NCBI GenBank assembly: GCA_036502985.1
Contig: DASXXQ010000001.1
Location: 34,053 to 58,052, forward strand
Reading direction: 5' to 3'
DNA length: 24,000 nucleotides
Origin: Buttiauxella sp.
GTDB taxonomy: Bacteria > Pseudomonadota > Gammaproteobacteria > Enterobacterales > Enterobacteriaceae
This document shows positions 18,610 to 24,000 of the stretch, piece by piece. Numbering within the stretch: the stretch's first letter is position 1; each line of letters starts with the position of its first letter. Made by a program: the position numbers and the translations under genes. The notes beneath the pieces are model-generated. The model did not search any database and was not told the DNA's origin. It saw only the letters and a program-made list of their open reading frames with translations.

Positions 18610-19146
18610 TTAGCTTAGTCCACGTTCCCGGCGTTCGATGGCGCGCTCAATTCGCGTCACCGCCTGGCGGCAACGTTGCAGACGGCCTTCAAGCGCTGCA
18701 ATTTCCTTTTGAATTTTCTGTTGCCCGACGAGTGTGGTTTGAATCGAAAGCTGGCTTTCACGATCGCCAATCATACCTTGCAGACGGCGTTCATAATCCT
18801 GATGGGTTGAGAGCTTCTCATACAGATTTTCCACAACCGGCGGTTGCGGATCGTTTTTACGCATCTTCCAGGTCGCCAGTTCTCGCTGTAACGCCGCAAT
18901 TTGCGCCACCAGTTTTTCAGCAAGATAAGCCACTTGCTCTGTTTTACCGACTTTCACGCTAAGCTGAAGTTGTGCGAGATTTCCCTGAACCTCGGTCAGA
19001 TAATCTTTTAGTTGCGTGCTGTGAGTCGAAAATAGCTTACGATCAAAGCGTGCTTGCGAGGCGCGTTGCAACGAAATGGGGGCAATGGCTTCCGCGAGTT
19101 CCGCGACGCGAGCATCCAAAGCTTGTAACAGCGAGGCGGTTTTCAC
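18610..19146 (-). CDS. priC: Primosomal replication restart protein PriC
   Basis: 178 aa. GTG start at 19146 with GGAGAG 9 nt upstream. (V)KTASLLQALDARVAELAE.. is colinear with E. coli PriC (MKTALLLEKLEGQLATL..). Conserved position, divergent from ybaN. Confidence 0.9.
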   Translation of the reverse strand: MKTASLLQALDARVAELAEAIAPISLQRASQARFDRKLFSTHSTQLKDYLTEVQGNLAQLQLSVKVGKTEQVAYLAEKLVAQIAALQRELATWKMRKNDPQPPVVENLYEKLSTHQDYERRLQGMIGDRESQLSIQTTLVGQQKIQKEIAALEGRLQRCRQAVTRIERAIERRERGLS

Positions 19147-19203
19147 AAAATGACTCTCCAGTGTTGCACGTGTTTAAGTGCCAGATTATTGACGGAATAA
19201 GGA

Positions 19204-19581
19204 ATGAAACGGACTATTTTAATCATCATTGGTTGGCTGGCGGTAGTCCTTGCGACCGTAGGTGTTGTCTTGCCTTTACTTCCTACAACCCCGTTTTTAC
19301 TGCTGGCAGCCTGGTGTTTCGCTCGTTCTTCGCCGCGTTTTCACCACTGGTTATTATACCGTTCCTGGTTTGGGGGTTATATCCGCCATTGGCAGGATCA
19401 TCGTGCATTGCCGCCGGGCGCTAAACCCAGGGCTTTGATTTTCATCGTAATAACGTTTGCTGTGTCTCTTTACCTGGTCAACATTCTTTGGGTCAGACTA
19501 CTATTATTATTGATGATGTGCGTGTTGCTGTTTTGTATGTGGCGTATGCCGGTAATTGACGAAAAGCAACAAAAGCCATAA
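19204..19581 (+). CDS. ybaN: Inner membrane protein YbaN (DUF454)
   Basis: 125 aa, ..LPLLPTTPFLLLAAWCFARSSPRFHHWLL.. Typical YbaN motif in the conserved position. Confidence 0.92.
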   Translation: MKRTILIIIGWLAVVLATVGVVLPLLPTTPFLLLAAWCFARSSPRFHHWLLYRSWFGGYIRHWQDHRALPPGAKPRALIFIVITFAVSLYLVNILWVRLLLLLMMCVLLFCMWRMPVIDEKQQKP

Positions 19582-19679
19582 ACCGCATTTGCAGTGGTTG
19601 CAATTGTTGGTGCCAGCCAGTAAATTCGACCGTTTTCGAGCACGGTATGACTGATTAATGAATCATCAATGATTCATAC

Positions 19680-19800
19680 TCATCGCCCTTCAACATACAG
19701 GGTTTTGGTTGCACTCGTTCACCCGAATCGCTTACATCAGTAAGCTTATCGGGATTCATTCGATTGCCATCAACCTGAATCTTGAGGCTACCTGGGTAGT
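19680..19800. repeat. ERIC / IRU element (enterobacterial repetitive intergenic consensus), about 120 bp imperfect palindrome
   Basis: The minus strand reads ATGAATCCCGATAAGCTTAC-TGAT-GTAAGCGATTCGGGTGAACGAG. The ERIC core as defined by the ERIC1R/ERIC2 primers, as I recall them, is GTGAATCCCCAGGAGCTTAC-ATAA-GTAAGTGACTGGGGTGAGCG. The outer arms also pair: CTTCAACATACAGG 19688-19701 with CCTGAATCTTGAGG 19774-19787. Confidence 0.75.
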
Positions 19801-19853
19801 TTATTAACCTGTCACGTGCTTTGTTAGAACCATGTTTTTAGCAGGCATTAATT

Positions 19854-20405
19854 ATGACCGCGACTGCGCAGCAGCTTGAATATCTGAAAAACAGCATCAA
19901 AAGCATTCCAGACTACCCAAAGCCTGGGATCTTATTCCGTGACGTTACCAGCTTGCTTGAAGATCCGAAAGCCTACGCCACCAGCATCGAATTATTAGTT
20001 TCACGCTTCAAAGACGCCGGGATCACTAAAGTGGTGGGTACTGAGGCGCGTGGATTTTTATTTGGTGCACCGGTTGCGCTGGAATTAGGCGTTGGTTTTG
20101 TGCCAGTACGCAAGCCAGGTAAGCTTCCACGCGAAACGATCGCTGAAAATTACGAACTGGAATACGGCACTGATCAACTGGAAATCCACGTTGATGCCAT
20201 TCAGCCCGGCGACAAAGTTCTGGTGGTGGACGATCTGCTGGCAACTGGCGGCACCATTGAAGCGACAGTTAAACTGATCCGCCGTCTTGGTGGCGAAGTG
20301 ACCGACGCCGCGTTTATCATCAATTTGTTTGATATTGGTGGTGAGCAGCGTCTGGAAAAAATGGGCGTGAAAAGCTACAGCCTCGTACTTTTCCCTGGTC
20401 ACTGA
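19854..20405 (+). CDS. apt: Adenine phosphoribosyltransferase
   Basis: 183 aa with the PRPP-binding motif [13 protein letters not shown]. Colinear with E. coli Apt. Confidence 0.97.
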   Translation: MTATAQQLEYLKNSIKSIPDYPKPGILFRDVTSLLEDPKAYATSIELLVSRFKDAGITKVVGTEARGFLFGAPVALELGVGFVPVRKPGKLPRETIAENYELEYGTDQLEIHVDAIQPGDKVLVVDDLLATGGTIEATVKLIRRLGGEVTDAAFIINLFDIGGEQRLEKMGVKSYSLVLFPGH

Positions 20406-20429
20406 GTTCAGCCGACCCTCTTCAATGAG

Positions 20430-20460
20430 AAGCCTCGCCCATCGGGTGGGGCTTATGTTA
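20430..20460 (+). terminator. Probable apt terminator/attenuator hairpin
   Basis: AAGCCUCGCCC-AUC-GGGUGGGGCUU, an 11-bp stem including two G-U pairs, followed by AUGUUA (a poor U-tract). Confidence 0.45.
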
Positions 20461-20504
20461 GCATTACCCCCCAATTCACACCCGCGATGTAGAGCCTATC
20501 TCGA

Positions 20505-22421
20505 ATGAGCTACCAGGTCTTAGCCCGCAAATGGCGGCCACAAACTTTTGCTGATGTTGTCGGCCAGCAACACGTGCTGACTGCCCTGGCTAATGGCTTA
20601 TCCATGGGCCGAATCCACCACGCCTATCTCTTTTCCGGGACGCGCGGCGTGGGTAAAACATCCATCGCTCGCCTGCTGGCGAAAGGGTTAAATTGTGAAA
20701 CCGGCATTACCGCAACCCCTTGTGGTGTGTGCGATAACTGCCGTGAAATCGAACAAGGTCGCTTTGTCGACTTGATAGAAATCGACGCCGCCTCACGAAC
20801 CAAAGTAGAAGATACCCGTGACTTGCTGGACAACGTTCAGTACGCACCGGCGCGTGGCCGCTTCAAAGTCTATCTGATTGACGAAGTGCACATGCTTTCC
20901 CGCCACAGCTTCAACGCACTATTGAAGACGCTGGAAGAGCCGCCTTCGCACGTTAAATTCTTGCTGGCGACAACCGATCCGCAGAAGTTACCCGTCACCA
21001 TTCTTTCGCGTTGTCTGCAATTCCACCTGAAAGCGCTGGATGTTGAACAAATCCGCCATCAGTTGGAACACATTCTTGGCGAAGAAAAAATCCCCAGTGA
21101 AACTCGCGCGTTGCAACTGCTGGCCCGCGCCGCAGATGGCAGCCTGCGTGATGCGTTAAGCCTTACTGACCAGGCCATCGCCAGCGGTGATGGGCAAGTG
21201 ACGACCGCCGCCGTCAGTACTATGCTCGGTACACTCGACGACGATCAGGCACTTTCACTCATCGAGGCGATGGTGAAGGCTGATGGCGAAAAGGTGATGA
21301 GTTTGCTCAATGAAGCCGCCGGGCGAGGTGTTGAGTGGGAAGCACTGCTGGTGGAAATGCTGAGCCTGCTGCATCGCGTGGCGATGGTGCAATTGTCTCC
21401 AGCCGCGTTAGGTAGCGACATGGCGGCAATTGAACAACGTATGCGTGAACTGGCGCGCGTTGTGCCACCGGCTGAAGTCCAACTTTATTACCAAACCTTA
21501 CTGATTGGTCGCAAAGAGCTGTCCTGGGCGCCAGATCGCCGTATGGGCATTGAGATGACGCTGCTGCGCGCACTGGCATTCCATCCGCGTAAACCATTAC
21601 CGGAACCTGAGTTGCCACGGCAGGCGCCGAGTATTCCGGTGGTTAATCCCGCCCCGGAACGTCTGCAAACGGCACCGCCGCAACGGCAAAGTGAAACACC
21701 GCTGCCGGACACCACAAGCCAGGTGCTGCAAGCGCGAACCCAGCTCATACGCCAGCAGGGAACCAATAAAGCAAAAAAGAATGAGCCGGCGGCGCCAAAT
21801 CTAGCGCGGCCGGCAAAAAATACTACCGCTCTGGAACGTTTAGCCTCGGTGACCGAGCGCATTCAGTCCCGGCCTGCAGCAACAGAAGAAAAGCCGGCGC
21901 AGAAGCCCGAGGCCTATCGCTGGAAGTCACAAATCGTTTCTGATGTTGTTGAAGAACCAGTTGCGACGCCAAAAGCATTAAAGCGTGCGCTGGAGCATGA
22001 GAAAACGCCTGAGCTGGCGCAAAAACTGGCGTTAGAAGCCATTGAACGCGATAGTTGGGCTGCGGAAATTAGCCAAATGGTGTTGCCGAAATTAGTGCAG
22101 CAGCTGGCGCTAAATGCCTGGAAGGAACAAGACGGCACGCGGGTTTGTTTACACCTGCGCCCGGCGTTACGGCATTTGAATTCACCATCAGCACAGAAAA
22201 CGCTGGTGGATGCGATGAGTGCTTTTAGTGGCGAAACTGTTGAGCTGACTATTATTGAAGATGATAATCTCGCACAACGTACTCCGCTTGAGTGGCGTCA
22301 GGCCATTTATGAAGAAAAGCTAGCGCAAGCGCGAGAAGCTATAACGACGGATAACAACATCCAGACACTGCGCCGTTTCTTTGACGCGGAACTGGATGAA
22401 GACAGTATTCGACCTATTTGA
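20505..22421 (+). CDS. dnaX: DNA polymerase III subunit tau (full-length frame); gamma is made by a -1 frameshift
   Basis: 638 aa. Walker A GTRGVGKTS, zinc module CETGITATPCGVCDNCREI, SRC motif ILSRC. Colinear with E. coli DnaX. Confidence 0.98.
   Translation: MSYQVLARKWRPQTFADVVGQQHVLTALANGLSMGRIHHAYLFSGTRGVGKTSIARLLAKGLNCETGITATPCGVCDNCREIEQGRFVDLIEIDAASRTKVEDTRDLLDNVQYAPARGRFKVYLIDEVHMLSRHSFNALLKTLEEPPSHVKFLLATTDPQKLPVTILSRCLQFHLKALDVEQIRHQLEHILGEEKIPSETRALQLLARAADGSLRDALSLTDQAIASGDGQVTTAAVSTMLGTLDDDQALSLIEAMVKADGEKVMSLLNEAAGRGVEWEALLVEMLSLLHRVAMVQLSPAALGSDMAAIEQRMRELARVVPPAEVQLYYQTLLIGRKELSWAPDRRMGIEMTLLRALAFHPRKPLPEPELPRQAPSIPVVNPAPERLQTAPPQRQSETPLPDTTSQVLQARTQLIRQQGTNKAKKNEPAAPNLARPAKNTTALERLASVTERIQSRPAATEEKPAQKPEAYRWKSQIVSDVVEEPVATPKALKRALEHEKTPELAQKLALEAIERDSWAAEISQMVLPKLVQQLALNAWKEQDGTRVCLHLRPALRHLNSPSAQKTLVDAMSAFSGETVELTIIEDDNLAQRTPLEWRQAIYEEKLAQAREAITTDNNIQTLRRFFDAELDEDSIRPI
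21756..21814 (+). other. dnaX: dnaX programmed -1 ribosomal frameshift cassette (SD-like element, slippery heptamer, stem-loop)
   Basis: AGGGAA at 21756-21761. A AAA AAG at 21773-21779, in the 0-frame as GCA AAA AAG. The -1 frame then reads GAA TGA (21779-21784), giving a gamma product of about 426 aa ending Lys-Lys-Glu. Stem-loop GCCGGCGGCGC..GCGCGGCCGGC at 21785-21814 pairs 6+4 bp around one mismatch. Confidence 0.9.
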
Positions 22422-22423
22422 TG

Positions 22424-22481
22424 AACCGGTTAAACCGGTTTGTTGTAAACCCTGATAGCCGTTAATCGTAACGTACGATTA
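22424..22481 (+). other. Two small hairpins in the dnaX-ybaB spacer
   Basis: AACCGG-TTAAA-CCGGTT at 22424-22440, directly after the dnaX stop. TAATCGTA-ACG-TACGATTA at 22463-22481 has perfect 8-bp arms. Function unknown. Confidence 0.3.
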
Positions 22482-22508
22482 GTCGGCCCGAGCAAAAGAG
22501 AGAAGACT

Positions 22509-22838
22509 ATGTTTGGAAAAGGCGGTCTGGGCAACATCATGAAGCAAGCCCAGCAGATGCAGGAAAAAATGGCCCAGGTTCAGGAAGAAATCGCCCAAAT
22601 GGAAGTCACTGGCGAGTCTGGCGCGGGTCTGGTCAAAGTCACCATCAACGGCGCACATAACTGCCGTCGTGTGGAAATCGATCCAAGCCTAATGGAAGAC
22701 GATAAAGAAATGGTTGAAGACCTGGTTGCTGCGGCCTTCAACGATGCTGCTCGTCGTATTGGCGAAGCGCAGAAAGAGAAAATGGCTGGCGTTTCCAGTG
22801 GCATGCAATTGCCGCCAGGTTTCAAAATGCCATTCTGA
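22509..22838 (+). CDS. ybaB: Nucleoid-associated protein YbaB/EbfC
   Basis: 109 aa, [48 protein letters not shown].. Nearly identical to E. coli YbaB. Ends in the tandem stops TGATGA. Confidence 0.97.
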   Translation: MFGKGGLGNIMKQAQQMQEKMAQVQEEIAQMEVTGESGAGLVKVTINGAHNCRRVEIDPSLMEDDKEMVEDLVAAAFNDAARRIGEAQKEKMAGVSSGMQLPPGFKMPF

Positions 22839-22912
22839 TGATCCCGTTATACTTCGCGTTGCAAGGGGTTGTGAGTGCCGCCTAATTGCTACGTGAAATA
22901 TTTAAGGATTTG

Positions 22913-22953
22913 TAGGTCGGGTTAGCGCAAGCGATACCCGACATATTCTTTTT
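22913..22953. repeat. REP-like hairpin; probable shared terminator for ybaB and the convergent LysR gene
   Basis: TGTAGGTCGGGT-(13 nt)-ACCCGACA has the overall form of enterobacterial REP units (TGTAGGCCGGATAAGGCG..CATCCGGCA). 7-bp stem at 22916-22922 / 22936-22942, followed on the plus strand by ATATTCTTTTT. Confidence 0.5.
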
Positions 22954-22959
22954 GACCGT

Positions 22960-23865
22960 TTACTCCTCATCAAACGCGGCATAACTCTCTACCAGAAAAT
23001 CAATCAGCGCCCTGACCGCCGGTAGCTGACCGCGCCGCGACGGGAACACCAGATGAATGACTTCCCGCCTCGCTCGCCATTCCGGTAATAAATGCACCAG
23101 ACTCCCATCTTGTATTTGCTTGTTAATCATCAATATTGGTAGTTGAACAATCCCCACGCCTGCGAGTGCAGCCGACCGTAGCGCCGTCATATCGGTGGTA
23201 ACAAAACGTGGTTTGTGGTGCAGCGTTACTTCCTGGTTATCCGGCCCGAACAGACACCAACGGTAAACCTGGTGGGGTTTAGATAGCGCCAGACTCGGCC
23301 AGTGCTGAAGATCGGCTGGCGACGAGGGAGGGGAAAAACGCTCAACCAGCGCTGGGCTTGCAACCAGACACATACCGCGATCGGCAAGCTTTCGCATCAC
23401 CAGATCGCTATCTTCGAGTGGGAGTGGGCGAACCCGCACCGCTAAATCGACGTTTTCATTTAATACGTCGACCTGACGATTTGTCTCCTCAAGCTGCACC
23501 ATAACCTGCGGATATAGCGCCATAAATCGCGCCAGCATCTGTGCAATATGTGCATGCAGGAGCGCAATCGGGCACGTCAGGCGAATAAGCCCGCGTGGTT
23601 CGGCTCGTAGCGTGTTAATCGCTTCCTGCGCCGCTTCGGCTTCAATAATCATCGCTTTGCAATGACGATAAAAAATCTGCCCAGCTTCAGTGACGGTAAA
23701 GCTGCGTGTTGAGCGCTGAATGAGCCGTGTCTCCAGGCTTTCTTCCAACAGTGCAATACGACGGCTCAGGCGAGATTTTGGAATGCCTATTGCGCGGCTG
23801 GCCGGAGAAAACCCTCCGTTATCCACCACTTGCACGAAATACCACAGGTCGTTGAGATCTTGCAT
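22960..23865 (-). CDS. LysR-family transcriptional regulator
   Basis: 301 aa. N-terminal wHTH (FSPASRAIGIPKSRLSRRIALLEESLETRLIQRSTRSFTVTEAG) and a C-terminal type-2 periplasmic-binding-fold effector domain. No specific orthologue recognised. Confidence 0.9.
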   Translation of the reverse strand: MQDLNDLWYFVQVVDNGGFSPASRAIGIPKSRLSRRIALLEESLETRLIQRSTRSFTVTEAGQIFYRHCKAMIIEAEAAQEAINTLRAEPRGLIRLTCPIALLHAHIAQMLARFMALYPQVMVQLEETNRQVDVLNENVDLAVRVRPLPLEDSDLVMRKLADRGMCLVASPALVERFSPPSSPADLQHWPSLALSKPHQVYRWCLFGPDNQEVTLHHKPRFVTTDMTALRSAALAGVGIVQLPILMINKQIQDGSLVHLLPEWRARREVIHLVFPSRRGQLPAVRALIDFLVESYAAFDEE

Positions 23866-23975
23866 TGCTATTGTCCTGCATATGGAACACTGAGTTCATT
23901 TATAGAGTCTACCGGCCATTTCGTCTTATGAGTAAGCTTTATCTCAACAGCAATCGACACTCAATGGAGATAACG

Positions 23976-24000
23976 ATGAAATCTATTCTTGGCGTTTATT
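23976..24000 (+). CDS. 5' end of an unknown gene divergent from the LysR regulator (only 8 codons in the window)
   Basis: ATG at 23976 preceded by GGAGA at a 5-nt spacing. It reads MKSILGVY and is divergent from an LTTR, the classic regulator/target layout. The product cannot be identified. Confidence 0.4.

Noticed and set aside
19655-19759. 34-codon minus-strand ORF (MNPDKLTDVSDSGERVQPKPCMLKGDEYESLMIH) in the ybaN-apt spacer
   Set aside because: It lies wholly within the ERIC repeat and its flanking palindrome, and it has no SD. Open frames in ERIC copies are incidental.
22835-22886. TGATG junction after ybaB as a remnant of the recR start, with the following 15-codon ORF as a recR pseudogene
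   Set aside because: The peptide [15 protein letters not shown] has no similarity to the RecR N-terminus (MQTSPLLTQLMEALR..). TGATGA is equally well read as a tandem stop, so there is no evidence of a decayed recR.
23929-23946. TGAGTAAGCTTTATCTCA as the LTTR T-N11-A box for the LysR regulator
   Set aside because: Only the outer TGAG/CTCA bases are symmetric and the inner AAGCTT is off-centre. Many equally good T-N11-A candidates exist in a 110-bp AT-rich spacer.
1-24000. Scan for CRISPR arrays, tRNA/rRNA genes, IS elements, integrases, phage genes or known defence-system genes
   Set aside because: I found no periodic repeat-spacer structure, no cloverleaf-like or rRNA-like sequence, and no ORF with transposase, recombinase, nuclease or NTPase defence-type motifs. 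The accessory content here is metabolic and transport-related.

Overview
Chromosomal segment from an Enterobacteriaceae genome. By eye, AcrA, AcrB, MscK and DnaX look roughly 85-90% identical to E. coli K-12 as I recall it, so this is a related genus, not E. coli.

Core block (about 6.45-22.84 kb): Zur-box-rpmE2-rpmJ2, ylaC, maa, hha-tomB, acrB-acrA, acrR, mscK, ybaM, priC, ybaN, apt, dnaX with an intact -1 frameshift cassette, and ybaB. Departures from the K-12 layout as I recall it:
- a small GlsB/YeaQ/YmgE-family membrane protein gene sits between priC and ybaM
- an ERIC/IRU repeat sits in the ybaN-apt spacer

Left 6.2 kb (accessory-looking):
- a 3'-truncated ManD/RspA-family enolase-superfamily dehydratase (missing from the ORF track)
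- a divergent lone PTS EIIBC gene
- a tightly coupled four-gene minus-strand operon: an IPNS/ACCO-family Fe(II)/2-oxoglutarate oxygenase followed by a MetQ/MetN/MetI-like ABC importer. The ATPase lacks the NIL regulatory domain and the binding protein is not a lipoprotein.

Right end: the near-universal ybaB-recR pairing is absent. ybaB is followed by a REP-like hairpin, a convergent LysR-family regulator, and the first 8 codons of a divergent unknown gene.

I saw no rRNA, tRNA, CRISPR array, IS element, integrase or recognisable defence genes. I do not see a compelling new system. The best candidate for uncharacterised biology is the oxygenase plus importer operon, followed by the ybaB/recR synteny break. 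All homology statements come from reading the translations against remembered sequences, not from a database search.
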